Shown: positions 26,938 through 40,756, numbered from the stretch's first letter. The stretch is DNA of 64,000 nucleotides from Octopus sinensis (GCF_006345805.1 NC_043000.1:117056001-117120000); one strand, 5' to 3'. The notes: generated by a model from the letters alone, not told the origin. Translations and numbers: made by a program.

Positions 26938-29455
26938 TAGTATTTCATTGTCTTTGCACAGCTTATGACGCTAGAGATGTACTACGGTGTCAGCTGTTCA
27001 CTTCCAGTGAGCTAAGGAAATACCCCTTGTTTTTCGAGCACCATCCGGAGTATTCGAGAGGTTCCAACCAGTGTTGTTTTCTGCAAGTGCTCTACCCTTA
27101 TTGCAGCCCCTATTTGTTCCATGTACTTCCGAAAATTTTTTACTTACTGATTCCAGCGCTCCGACAATTATTGGTACTACTTTTTCAGCTTTTTCAGCGA
27201 CCAACATTATTTCACCTCCCAAGCTAATCTGTCAAATCTATCGACTTTTCTTTCCTCCATATCGCATAACATGTTGTCATCTGGACATGCTATATCTTTG
27301 ATCCAGCATCGTTTTCTTTCTTTCACAATTAACACTATGTCTAAGACGGTGAGTTGGCAAAAAAGTTAGCACGCCGGGCGAAATGCTTAGCGGTATTTCG
27401 TCTGCCGCTACGTTCTGAGTTCAAATTCCACCTTTCATCCTTTCGTGGTCGATTAAATAAGTACCAGTTACGCACTGGGATCGATATAATCAACCTAATA
27501 TGTTTGACTGTCCTTGTTTGTCCTCTCTGTGTTTAGCCCCTTGAGGGTTGTAAAGAAATAGGTATTTTGCCTGCCGCTACGTTCTGAGTTCAAATCCCGC
27601 CGAGGTCGACTTTGCCTTTCATCCTTTCAGGGTCGATTAAATAAATACTAGTTATGCACTGGGGTCGATATAATAAACTTAGTCCGTTTGTTTGTCCTTG
27701 TTTTTTCCTCTCTGTGTTTAGCCCCTTGTGGGTAGTAAAGAAATAGGTATTCTGTCTTTATGTTCTGTGTTCAAATTATACCACGGTCGACTTTGCCTTT
27801 CATCCTTTCGGGGTCGATAAATTAAGTAGCTGTTGCGTACTGTGGTCGATCTAATCGACTGGCCCCCTCCCCAAAGTTTCGAGCCATATGCCGAGTGCAG
27901 AAAAGAATTCCTATTCTCTATCTCATGGTCGCACTGAATCATAAAATCCCATAGGATCTTTCTATTATCATTTTCGATGATGTTTTCGGGTTTATGTTCT
28001 TAACATTTTTTGCTCTCTCAAGTCCATACTTGTTGCCAAGTGTCCAATAGACAGTCCTTGCTATATTGTCATATTCTCATATTCTTTCTAGACTAGTGAC
28101 GTACATTGACTGGTAATATGCCATACGGTTTCACCATTTTGTCCACAGAGTCTGCACTTACAACTTTCTATTCTATATTTGATGTAATTGGTTCTTAATG
28201 CTTGCTCTTGGGCAGCACAGATTAGAGCCTTCGTTTTCGGTTTTAAATCAGTTTTAGTCTTCCATAAGCATCTCTTTTTTCTGTCTGTCTTGTCTTCACC
28301 ATCGCTATGAAATTGTCCATGCATTCTTTTCTTTACCCACCTATTTACAGTTCCTTTCATTCTTAAGTGCTTGTACAGTGCTTTATCTTTGCAATCTTCC
28401 ATCCTACACAAGCCTACCCTTCTTAATTCCAATAATCATGCTATGTTGTTTTCTTCTGCTCTAATGCTGTGTTCGCATCCAAGTAGTCCTCTTCCACCTC
28501 TTTTTCTTTGTGCATACAGTCTGTCTTTTTCCCTTTTTGGATGGAGTATCTCATATCTAGTCAGCAACTCCCTTGTTTTTCTGTCTAAGCTGTTTAGTTC
28601 GTCCACTGCCCATGCGATTACCCTTGCTCCATATCTAAGGAGTAAAACCGCCCAGCTATTGATAGCTTCAATCTTATTCCGTCCATTTAATTTCAACTTA
28701 AGGATCAGTCTCAGTGTGCAAGTACCCCCTCTTAATTCATTCTTGTCATTTACTTCTCCATCAATCTATCCATTTCCAATAACCCCAAGTACTTATAGCC
28801 TGTCTCTCCTATCTGCTTCATAACCTCCCCCGACGTTATCGCTGACCCGTTCATACATTTGATTTTTCCTCTCTTCAATACTAACACACCACACTTTCTC
28901 AGTCCGAACTTCATTCCAATATCATCATTGAAAGTATACACCGTATCAACGAGGGAACTGACTTGGGATTCATCTTAACCATAAACATTGAGGTCATCCA
29001 AGAATAACAAGTAGTTGAATTTTTGTTGACGGCTCTTGAATACATACCGATCCTTTGCTTTCCTCAGAATCAGTTTCAGTGGTACCTGATTTCTATTGTC
29101 CCTAAACTTCCTCTATATGCTATCAGTTCCTTCCTCCACGTCGCCATAAATTTTTCAAGCAATTGCTCAATATTCGATGCAATACCAAATAGGTTCATAC
29201 ATTCCATAAGCCAAGAATGGTGTATCATATCGTACGCCTTACGCTAATCGAGCCATAACATGGTTAACTTAGTTTTTACTCCTCTTGCAGTCTCTAAGTA
29301 CAGCTTTCTGTACCAGGAGTTGATCCTTGGTAACTCTGCACTTACGCTTGCTGCAATTCTGGTCATGTGGATGGACTTCATTTTTTCCAGATGTTCGTAC
29401 ATTGACTCTCCGACTATTCCAGTCAAAAATTTCCACATAAGTGGCAAGCAGGTTA
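26938..29455 (-). mobile_element. RLE LINE from RT to 3' end (copy d), interrupted by a SINE trimer
   Basis: CLPLMWKFLTG, RKAYD, LLFLDD, DIGMKFGLRKC, YKYLG, AAQEQALRTN, VPIIVGAL. Confidence 0.85.
27342..27908 (+). mobile_element. SINE family A trimer: head + 2 x (core-tail A) + core-tail B
   Basis: Units restart at ggtatt at 27392, 27561 and 27746; the last unit ends ctggccccctcccc..gaaaagaat. Confidence 0.9.
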
Positions 29456-29569
29456 TTATTATTATTAATATTATTATTATTATTAATATTTTTATTATTA
29501 TTATTATTATTATTATCATCATCATCATCACCATCATCATCATTATCATCATAGTCATCATCATCATCA

Positions 29570-29631
<62 letters not shown>

Positions 29632-29633
<2 letters not shown>

Positions 29634-30172
29634 TACATTTAATTTGCATGTTTGTTACAATCACTCACCGAGACACGCTCAGCGTCCTAGAGTGAGTGAA
29701 GGATAAGAGATGTTAGAGTATGACTGAAAGCTTCGGGAGGGAAAGTGGCAGGGGCAGTAGCGAAACATCTTTATGTAATACAACATATACATTTAAACTG
29801 ATAGGGTTTTTCTAAGGATGTAGGCAGAACCTTTTTGATTTCTCTGAGACATGGTTCTCCTGGGATATTATCTAGATGTTTTTGACATTCCTTTCTTATC
29901 ATACCAAGGGCATCAACAATAACAGGAACAATTCTCGCTTTAAGATACCACATCTTTTGTATTTCTATTTCCAGGTTCTTATATTTATTTAATTTGTCAA
30001 ATTCCTTTACATATATATTTGTATCAGCGGGACCACTTACATCTCTTAGTCTGCAAGTATTTTCTCCTCTGTCTTTAATGACTATGTCCGGTCGATTAGG
30101 CCGGATCTTTCTGTCTGTGTTAACCTGAGAATCCCAGAGCACAGTGACATTTTCACCTTTAACGACTGATCA
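29632..30172 (-). mobile_element. RLE LINE 3' fragment (copy e)
   Basis: LWDSQVNTDRKIRPNRPDIVIKD..YKNLEIEIQKMW..VPVIVDALG. Confidence 0.85.
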
Positions 30173-30208
30173 TTCTCTTCTTCTTCTTCTTCTTCTTCTT
30201 CTCTTCTT

Positions 30209-30299
<91 letters not shown>

Positions 30300-30300
30300 T

Positions 30301-31561
30301 ATTCAGTAGTTTTATTTTTATAGCGTGCTTTCACTTCACTACCGAGCACAGCTCTGTGTGCCTTGGGTATGTGCTGTGATTTGTTGTGATGCTCTGATGG
30401 TTATTGTATGGAAAGTGTTCTGCGTAGGATGTGTGCAGTGCCTAGTAGTGCAATTTTCTGTATGTTATATGTATTTGTAAGTCCTGGTGTTTTTGTTATG
30501 TATTTGTCTGAATATTTTTTTATCATGCCTAATGCACCTACTATGATAGGAATTGTTTCTGTTTTCAGATTCCACATTCTAGTTACCTCTATTTCCAGGT
30601 CTTTGTATTTTGAGAGTTTCTCCATTTCTTTTAGAGACACGTTGTCATCAGCCGGTATTGATACATCAATTAGAAAGCATTTTTTTCCTTCATGATCTCT
30701 GACAACTATATCTGGTCTGTTGGCCTTAATTTCTCTATCTGTGTGTATCGGCATATCCCAGAGTATGGTTGCTTTCTCGTTTTCTGTGATCTTTTCTGGT
30801 GTGTGCCTATACCATCTTTTTTCTGTTGTTATTCCATAATGTTGGCATAGCTTCCAATGTATGTAGGTTCCAACTCTGTCATGTCTGTGAATATATTCCT
30901 TCTTAGCCAGGACTGGGCAGCTAGAGATAATATGGTTTATTGTTTCTTGTCCATCTCCGCATATTCTGCAGTTACTTGTAATATTTCTTTTCATTACATG
31001 TTTTTGGTAATTTCTGGTGGGGAGGCTTTGGTCTTGTGCTGCAATTAAAAATCCCTCTGTTTCTGCTTTGAGTCCTGAGCTTCTCAACCATTGCTGGGAT
31101 TTTTCTTTGTCTATTTCTTTTGCGTTTAGTTTAGTCCAGTATTTGCCATGAAGGGGCTTTTCTTGCCATCGTTTTATCATGGCTCGTTGCTGTTCTATTT
31201 TTAGTTTGGATTTCATTTGTTTTATAGCTTTTGTTGTTTCTTCATCTTCTTCTTCTTCATGTTTATTAGGTGGTATGATTTCTTGTTTGTATTTGTCAGC
31301 TTCCTTAAATACTGAGAACAGTTTTTTGTTTTGCTCGTGTTTTGCCGCTATCTGGATCAGTTTTCCTTCCTTCTGAAGTAGATATTTTTGCAGTCCTATG
31401 GTGGTTATTTTATAGTAGTTTTCCAGCTGTATAAGGCCTCTACCACCTTCTATACGTTGTATATATAGTCTTTCTATGTCAGATTTTGGGTGATGCATCC
31501 GAGATCCTGTCATTATTTTTCTCGTTTTCCTATCTATTTTGGTCAGTTCATTTCGTGTCCA
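30301..31561 (-). mobile_element. Young 5'-truncated RLE LINE (copy f) with uninterrupted ORF 30401..31513 (370 aa)
   Basis: KPLHGKY, EGFLIAAQDQ, CCHC CRICG..HIISSC, RHD, RPD..D..K endonuclease motifs; (TAA)n on both sides. Confidence 0.95.
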
Positions 31562-31629
<68 letters not shown>

Positions 31630-31641
31630 TATTATTATTAC

Positions 31642-31711
<70 letters not shown>

Positions 31712-31721
31712 TATTATTATA

Positions 31722-32720
31722 TTACTGCCTTTGCACAGCTTGTAACGTTGGAGATGTACTTCAATGTCAGCTGTTCACTACCAGTGTACTAAGGTAACAC
31801 CTCTTATTTTTCGAGCACCTTCCGGAGTATTCGAGCGGTTCGAAGCAGTGCTGTTTTCTCCAAGTGCTCCACTCTTATTGCAGCCCCTATTTGTTCCATA
31901 TACTTCTCAAGATCTTTGCTCGCTGTTCCCAGGGCTCCGATAAGTATTGGTACTACTACAACCTTTTTTCATTGACCACAACTGCTTAATCTCCCAAGAT
32001 AACCTGTCATATCTATCGACTTTTCTTTCTTCTTTATCGTCTATCTTGTTGTCAGCTGGGCATGCGATATCTATCATCCAGCATAGTTTGTTTTCTTTCT
32101 CAATTTAGACTATGCCTGGCTTCCTATTCTCTATCTCATGGTCGCACTGAAAAATAAAATACCACATGATCTTTGCATTATCATTTTCTACGATACCTTC
32201 GGTTTGTGGTCGCACCAATTTTTTCGTCTGTCAAGTCAATACTTTTTGCAAACTGTCCAATGGACAAGCCTGGCTATATTGTCGTGGCGTCTCTTATATG
32301 CCTTCTGGGCTAGTGGCGTACATTGGCTGGTAATATGCCATACAGTTTCACCATTTTGCTCAAAGATTCTGCACTCATCACTTTCTGATATGTTGTCTAC
32401 TCTGTATTTTATGTAGTTTGTTCTTCGTGCTTGCTTTTGAGCAGCACAGATTAGAGCCTCCGTTTCCTGCTTTAAATCACTTTTAGTCATCCACAGCCAT
32501 TTTTCTGTTTTATCTTATCTTCATCCACAGTCATCTGTCTGTCTTATCTTCAACATCACTATGAAATTGTCTACGCATATGCATTCTTTTTTTTACCCAT
32601 CTATTTTCAGTTTCGATCGTTTTCAATTGCTTCTACAGTGATTTTATCTTTGTAATCTTTCATCCTACACATGCTTGACCTTCTTACTTTTAATAATAGC
32701 GGTTCTGTGGCATTTCTTAA
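31722..32720 (-). mobile_element. RLE LINE 3' fragment (copy g), paralog of copy d
   Basis: ETEALICAAQKQ..CRIF..HITSQC..RRHDNIAR; the 3' UTR matches 26945-27060. Confidence 0.85.
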
Positions 32721-32722
32721 GT

Positions 32723-32786
<64 letters not shown>

Positions 32787-32793
32787 GCTGCTG

Positions 32794-32853
<60 letters not shown>

Positions 32854-33059
32854 TTATTATTATTATTATTATTATTATCATTATTATTATTATTGTCATT
32901 ATATGTTTGATTTTTGCATTGTATTTGTACAAGTTGGCTTCAAGTCTCACCCAGAGACCTCAAGAGACAACAAGTTAGAAGTTCAAGCCGGTATTAGCCT
33001 GTCATAGCTCTCGACATTTCTTTCTTCTTTATCGCATAACTTGTTGTCAGCTGGACATA

Positions 33060-33862
33060 CTGTTTGCTGCGGAGCTCAGAGCTAAAGCAGAGAACGAATG
33101 CTTCATCTTAGCTGCTCAAGATAAGAGCCTATTAACCCGGAACTACTAAGTCAATATGATGAAAAATGGAGTAGACTCCAAAGTGCTGATACCGTAACGA
33201 TGAGATTGAAACACCTAATCTCTAACTGTAAAGTTTTAGCACCTATAGAGTATCAATCAAGACATGTCAGAGTTGGCCCATATCTATGCTGGTTAATATA
33301 TAATCATTATAAAATCAGAACAGCTGACAAATGGTTTAAGTACCACCCTGAGGTTGTAACTGATGTAGAAAAATGTAACGATTCTTTGGGACTATCTAAT
33401 ACATACAGACAGAACCATCAAAGCTAATAAGCCAGATGTTGTGAACGACCAAAACAATAAAGTCAGTTTATTGATTGACACGACCATTCCTCGTGGTCAT
33501 AACATCAGAATTTGACAAGCTCATAAAATATTAAAAGTTGACCATTGAAATCAAAAGAATGTGATTCTCAAGATGGTTACAATACCAGTGACTGTATGAG
33601 CACTTGGAATGATCATTGATCATTCAAGGAAATGAAATTTATTTGAGAATGATGCTTTGCTTACCATGCAAGCAAGAAGCGCAAAAAATTGTCTTAACTC
33701 TTAACTGGTCACGCGTATTGAGAAGAGCATTGTTGCTCTGAATTTTCTTTCCTTGTTTTCCTGTTTTTCCTTTGTTTTCCTGTTTTCATTTTTTCTTTGT
33801 GTGTGTGTTTTCTATTTTTACTTTTTTTACTTTATTCTTTCTTTGCTTTTTCGCGTTTCTCT

Positions 33863-33901
<39 letters not shown>

Positions 33902-34020
33902 AACTTGATCTTCTAAATGATGAACCTGGTGTGTTTATTTTAATAGCCGGCCGATGCATACAGTGAGAGTTTTTGCCCTAGGTGTTGGGAAGACACTCGA
34001 CAAGAAACAGAACCAAAACT
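33060..34020 (+). mobile_element. RLE LINE 3' fragment on the plus strand (copy h), decayed
   Basis: LRSSELKAENECFILAAQD, KWFKYHPE, ANKPD, LTGHAY.LRRALL; followed by (AAT)n(AAG)n. Confidence 0.75.
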
Positions 34021-34022
34021 GA

Positions 34023-34109
<87 letters not shown>

Positions 34110-34693
34110 AAGAAGAAGAAGAAGAAGAAGAAGAAGAAGAAGAACTTTAGTAATAATTTTGTGAGAATGAATAACATATGAAGAGAATATCCGCTGAAGA
34201 AGATATCATTAAAAGGTTAACAGAAAAGATTAAGAGATACACGATGAAGTAACCTCAAAGACTGAAAGAAAACTAAATATCTGAAAGCTCGTCCATTAAA
34301 TGATGAAGGATAAGGTGTTTAAAAAGATTAGCTTACAATTCTTATCTTTGTGTGATATTTAAAGTTAGAGCAGACAAGAAATTAACGGCTGATGGGATTT
34401 TCATTCTGAGAGCATTTCATTTCTGTTTATTAATAGCAGAGATGCACTGTCTGTATATCAGAGAAAATTCATATTTTAATACATTTATAACGCTCGTTAG
34501 TTAAACGCAGCCATTTTCTATTTCGTACTTATTGATTGAATCATAAGCATTATACTACACTTACACACACACGCGCACGCGCGCGAAAAATTCAGACGTG
34601 TTCACTCGTGCAAGCGTGTATGTACGCAGACACCAACGTATATACACATGCACGCATGTACGCATGTACGCACGAAATCACAGACATATCTTG

Positions 34694-35105
34694 TTTCTTT
34701 ATTGCCCACAAGGGGCTAAACATAGAAGGGACAAACAGGGATAGACAAAGGGGTTAATTCGATGATATTGGCCCCAGTGCGTAACTGGTACTTAATTTAT
34801 CGACCCCAAAAGGATGAAAGGCAAAGTCGACCTCGGTGGAATTTGAACTCAGAACGTAGCGGCAGACGAAATTCCTATTTCTTTACTACGCAGAAGGGGC
34901 TAAACATAGAGAGGACAAACAAGGACAGACAAACGGATTAAGTCGATTGTATCGACCCCAAGGGGTAACTGGTACTTAATTTATCGACCCCGAAAGGATG
35001 AAAAACGAAGTCGACCTCGGCGAAATTTGAACTCAGAACGTAACGGCAGACGAAATGCCGCTAAGCATATCGTCTGGCGTGTTAACGTCTCTGCCAACTC
35101 GCTCA
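34694..35105 (-). mobile_element. SINE family A dimer (head-A-A)
   Basis: Two core-tail units; junction near 34875. Confidence 0.85.
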
Positions 35106-35393
35106 TATCTATATGCGTGTATATGTGCATAGATTTTGGGGTCCTGTGAGTACACGTCCTGTTAAAAGCTGAGAGAGGGGGAGAGAGAGGGAGAGAGATG
35201 GAGAGAGAGAGAGAGACACACACACACACACACACACACAGAGGGAGTGAATAGAAACCGATGTTGACAAGTTTATAAATAAATTTCCATAATGAAAATA
35301 CCCTCTATAATATTCTACCCAATAAACCAGGGTGATGATATTGTGTTGAGACATAAATGCATAATTTGATGAGATATATTTATTTACTTTCCG

Positions 35394-35454
<61 letters not shown>

Positions 35455-35664
35455 TTAGAAGTGGTGTAGATATTGAATATTGAGAAAAGAGGAGGTCGCC
35501 AGAATTATGCAATTTTTTTTTTTTTATTCAGTCATTATTATTAATACTTTCCTTTGTGAATGTACAAACATGTTATTTATTTATATAAAACGGATGTTTT
35601 TTTTTGGAGGGGGGTTAAAAACAATCATTTTTTTTCTTTTTGCGGTGAGGTTCCAGAACAATGG

Positions 35665-35757
<93 letters not shown>

Positions 35758-35784
35758 TAGATAGACAGACAGACAGATAGATAT

Positions 35785-35825
35785 GTTTCTTTATTAGCCA
35801 CACAGGGCTGCACACAGACAGGACA
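35785..35825 (-). mobile_element. Isolated 3' tip of the Tx1-like LINE within (GATA/GACA)n
   Basis: TGTCCTGTCTGTGTGCAGCCCTGTGTGGCTAATAAAGAAAC matches 13535-13575. Confidence 0.6.
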
Positions 35826-35840
35826 GATGGATAGATAGAT

Positions 35841-35918
<78 letters not shown>

Positions 35919-35935
35919 ATAGCTAGCTAGCTAGC

Positions 35936-36007
<72 letters not shown>

Positions 36008-36188
36008 CAGACACAAAAAGCACAAAAAACAAACCAATTAAACACAATAAAAAAGTCAATTAAGCAAACCCCACTATAGCACATATACACGCTAAAGGAT
36101 ATAATTACACCACCGATACCTTGTCAGAGCGTTCACCTGAATATGGGATTGGCGTGGAACTTCAGTTTATTTTAAAATAATATACAGA

Positions 36189-36605
36189 TAAAGACGGCGA
36201 GCTGGCAGAAACGTTAGCACGCCGGGAGAAATGCTTAGCGGTATTTCGTCTGCCGTTACGTTCTGAGTTCAAATTCCGCTGAGGTCGACTTTGCCTTTCA
36301 TCCTTTCGGGGTCGATTAAGTAAGTACCAGTTACGCACTGGGGTCGTTATAATCGACTTAATCCGTTTGTCTGTCCTTGTTTGCCCTCTCTGTGTTTAGC
36401 CCCTTGTGGGTAGTAAAGAAATAGATATTTCGTCTGTCTTTGTGTTCCGAGTTCAAATGCCGCCGGGGTCGACTTTGCCTTCATCCTTTCGAGGTCGATT
36501 AAATAAGTACCAGTTACACACTGAGGTCGATGTAATCAACTTAATCCCTTTGTTTCTCATTCTTTGTCCCCTCTATGTGTAGCTCCTTGTAGGCAATAAA
36601 GAAAT
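36189..36605 (+). mobile_element. SINE family A dimer
   Basis: 13-bp TSD aaataatatacag at 36175-36187 and 36606-36618. Confidence 0.9.
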
Positions 36606-36665
36606 AAATAATATACAGGGAGAGTGGTGGGGGGATAAGAGATAAATTGAGATTTAGATGGATTA

Positions 36666-36706
<41 letters not shown>

Positions 36707-36807
36707 GAGAGAGAGTTATATATATCTCTGTTCACTCACGCGTATCTATCTATTATCTATCTACCTTTTTCGCATACGCAGACACACACAATCACACATA
36801 TATGTTT

Positions 36808-37170
36808 AGTGGAGGCGCAATGGCCCAGTGGATAGGGCAGCGGATTCGCGGTCGTAGGATTGTGGGTTTGATTCCCAGACCGGACGTTGTGAGTGTTTAT
36901 TGAGTGAAAACACCTAAAGCTCCACGATGCTCAGGCAGAGAGTGGTGGCGGACCCTGCTCTACTCTTTCACCACAACTTTCTCTCACTCTTTCTTCCTAT
37001 TTCTGTTGTACCTGTATCACGCTGAATATCCCCGAGAAATACGTTAAGGGTACACGTGCCTGTGGAGTGCTCAGCCATTTGTACGTTAATTTCACGAATA
37101 GATCGTTCCGTTGACCGGATTAACTGGAACCCTTGTCGGCGTAACCGACGGAGTGCCACGATATTTGTGT
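36808..37170 (+). mobile_element. tRNA-derived SINE family C (tRNA-Arg-like head)
   Basis: gtggaggcgcaatggcccagtgg..ggtttgattccc head, then a non-tRNA body and a tail ending cgtaaccgacggagtgcca. Confidence 0.8.
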
Positions 37171-37303
37171 GTGTCCGTGTGTGTGTGTGTGCGTGTGTGT
37201 GCGTGCGTGCATATATATATATGTGTGATACCAAATATTTTTTATACCGAGAATTTCTGGATTTTATTTGTTGACTGGTTGATTGTGTGGGTGTGTACAT
37301 ACA

Positions 37304-37339
<36 letters not shown>

Positions 37340-37414
37340 TGCATACATACATATATATATACATATATATATATACATACATATATATATACATACATAC
37401 ATACATATATATAT

Positions 37415-37459
<45 letters not shown>

Positions 37460-37498
37460 CCATACATACATACATACATACATACATACATACATACA

Positions 37499-37546
<48 letters not shown>

Positions 37547-37604
37547 CTTACATACCATACATACATACATACTTACATACATATATATATATATATATAT
37601 GTAC

Positions 37605-37638
<34 letters not shown>

Positions 37639-37868
37639 CTGTCTGTCTGTGTGTGTGTGTGTGTGGGTGGGTGTGTGTGTGAGGAAAATAAGACAAGGAA
37701 GAAAATGCCAAAATTAATTTATCATGAAGTAGTTCTTAGTATTTCCGTCATTTCCGGAAACCGGTACTAAAATGTTCTTCGTAATAAGATTATTTTAGCA
37801 TTTTCTACCTTGTCTTATTTTCCTTCTACATATCAACTCGTGTGTTACTTTTTTACCTTCTACACACT

Positions 37869-37919
<51 letters not shown>

Positions 37920-38013
37920 ATACACACACATATGTGTATGTATATGTGTATGTGTGTGTGATTTCAACTGCATATACATATATGAAAAGGTATGAATAGA
38001 AAAAAGGATTAAA

Positions 38014-38050
<37 letters not shown>

Positions 38051-38627
38051 TATACGAGGTTTTACAATGTTGTAAGATATTCTGTTATATCAAGCTACAC
38101 ATTTAATTTTTTCCTTGTTTTTTTTTTTTTAGAACATCATGCTGTATATAATAGGATATGTGTACTATAGCCTGAATATTCCTATTCACTACATATATTT
38201 AAAACAATGTCATACTACCTGAAACTTTAGAAAGCAAAATTATAGAAAACGAACACAAAAATAAGAATGTCGGTAGCAGGATTGATGGAATTATTATATG
38301 AAATGACAAATATACAGAACTATTTTAAATAAAACAATCTAAAGTGTAACCATCAATTCTGAAACTATTCAAGGGTTATTGTTGGCTAAATTTTTACTGA
38401 ACCAACCCAAATCGAAATTCAATAGATTTCAATATTTTGTTCTGAAAAATTATACTTTCGTCTACATAGCTTCTGGTATAGAAGTAACGACGTCTGATGT
38501 TGAATGGCGAGTTTTTGCTTTACATTGTAACTGTTCACAATGAGAGACGTACATTCGAAATAAAACTGACAGAGAATAAACAAACAAGTAGCCAGTGATT
38601 CTGTATTGGGGAACCTATATATGTATA

Positions 38628-38688
<61 letters not shown>

Positions 38689-38731
38689 TTATGCATTTAT
38701 TTATGTGCGCGCAAGTAATATTTGCTGAGAC

Positions 38732-39025
38732 GAAGGCGGCGTCCTGGCAGAAACGTTAGGACGCCGGGCGAAATTCTTAGCGGTATTTCGTCTACCGCTA
38801 CGTTCTGAGTTCAAATTCCGCCGAGGTCGACTTTGCCTTTCATCCTTTCGGAGTCGATAAATTAAGTACCAGTTAATCGACTTAATCCGTTTGTCTGTCC
38901 TTGTTTGTCCCCTCTGTGTTTAGCCCCTTGTGGGTAGTAAAGAAATAGGAATAGGTATTTAGTCTGTCTTTACGTTCTGCGTTCAAATTCCGCCGAGGTC
39001 GACTTTGCCTTTCATCCTTTCGGGG
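38732..39025 (+). mobile_element. SINE family A, 1.5 units
   Basis: Second core starts at 38953 and is truncated. Confidence 0.85.
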
Positions 39026-39553
39026 ACAATGGGCGAAAAACTAAGAGACCAGTATCCGAAAGAATGAAAACGGAATAGAAGGCAACGAATCATATTGAAG
39101 GTTGTGATTCAGGAAAATTGGTGATTAGAAACTTCAATTCAAAACGAATTGAATAAGATAGATTTAAATAAATGATATTTCAAACCAATGATTTAAAAAA
39201 TTTCAGGAAATGAAAATTGATTGTGTCTTCCTGCTGTTTCTTTGTTACACACACACACACACTTTCTCTCTCTCTCTCTCTCCATCCCGCTCCTCTCTCT
39301 CACTCTCTCTCTCTCTCTCTCTTTCTCTCTACCAGTGCTTCTTATTTTTTAGCTGCTTGATACACAAATATTGTACTACTGCTGTGTTGCCATGGCAAAA
39401 ATAATTAATACGACAACTTTATTTTACAATTAAAAATTTATTAAAAAAAAACATACAGGCAAATATTTCTTACTCTATTTAATTATCATAATTTTTCTTT
39501 CTAAACAATATATATATTAATAACATATTTGTCAAGACTCTATAGCATCAGTG

Positions 39554-39669
39554 TTAATTTTCTAAATCTTTAAATTTAATTTGTGAAACTCTGTACGACT
39601 CCGACAACACTCTTCGTAGTGCATCAGTGTTCGTAGCGCTGCTCTGAACAATAACCAGGAACACGTTGG
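39554..39669 (-). CDS. Candidate terminal coding exon of an unidentified host gene
   Basis: Acceptor ttgtattttatag|cc; open frame NVFLVIVQSS..KFKDLEN*; AATAAA at 39437-39442 and 39418-39423. Confidence 0.3.
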
Positions 39670-40454
39670 CTATAAAATACAATTATATTAGGCCTGTAAA
39701 TTTACTATACGTCAAAAGGTTGAAGGCAAAAGTGGTTAATTGTCATATTTATTATAATTTATTTGTATAAAAATAAATACATTAGTGATTATAATGGTAA
39801 TAAATATCTACAAATAAATATTATAAATGTAATCATGAAACTGTTGTTTCCAGAAACTGAGAGCTGACACAAAATCCATATATCAGTGTAATATATATTC
39901 GAATGTTTATACGCTATATGTATTTAAAAAGACTTCAATTATGGTTAAACAACTGTAAATTTATTTTTTTCTACTTCAAATTTAAAGCCCGGAAAATCTA
40001 ATCTGAATTGGTTGGAATCTCTGCAAAGTAAGACTTTGAGAATCAATCCAATGAATTTGATCTCATTATAAAAGGGACTGTTTCAGTTTGGATCGGGGAG
40101 ATCTGAGTTCGCGAGCGATCTTTTTCGATAGGAATGCCAAATGTAAAACTCGTACGATGATATGATTGCTTGAAATGGCTTGATTATTTGCTATATATGT
40201 ATGTATGCATGTGTGTATACATGTATATATATATATGAATATGTGTGTGGGGGTGTAAATGGATGAATGAATTATCCTTTGTTTAGAGTTAACAGGTAAA
40301 ATTCTATAAACAGTTACCAGGGTAGCAAAATTCCAGCAAGTAACAAGGATGTAACGACCTATTCAAAGGTAGAAACTCCGAGTTAATGTGCAGTAATTTG
40401 TATAGCATAAGTAAATAAATGGAGTTGAACACATGTGTTATTCAAATTCTTTTA

Positions 40455-40537
40455 CTTTCGACATATGTTTCGAAGACAACATTGGTTTTATTCCAAAGGA
40501 ATAAATGGTGTAAACTAATGTATTCTCATCAGGAAAG
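40455..40537 (-). ncRNA. Type-I hammerhead ribozyme, intact core
   Basis: CUUUC-CUGAUGA-GAA..long helix II..UUC-GAAA-CAUAUG-UC-GAAAG. Helix III ACAUAUGU is palindromic; GUC cleavage triplet. Confidence 0.85.
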
Positions 40538-40591
40538 AAAGAGAACACACCTCAACAACAAGACATTATAACAATTTTGATGACTGCATAA

Positions 40592-40631
<40 letters not shown>

Positions 40632-40711
40632 CAAAGTTGAGTTGTGGGGTATCGCACGAGTGGAATTATATACGAAAGAAGGTTTGAAAATGCAATTTAA
40701 AAGATGTTTCT

Positions 40712-40756
40712 TTACTTAACCGGTTTCACTCTTTGGAAAAAGATTGTCAAAAGTAA
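40712..40756 (-). ncRNA. Hammerhead-like motif, U3-A8 variant (left arm)
   Basis: UUACUU-UUGACAA-UCUUUUUCCAAAGAGU-GAAA-CCGG-UU-AAGUAA. Confidence 0.55.

Noticed and set aside
36808-36885. tRNA gene candidates (also 54225, 60603 and family A heads)
   Set aside because: They have box A/B but no complete cloverleaf and continue into SINE bodies.
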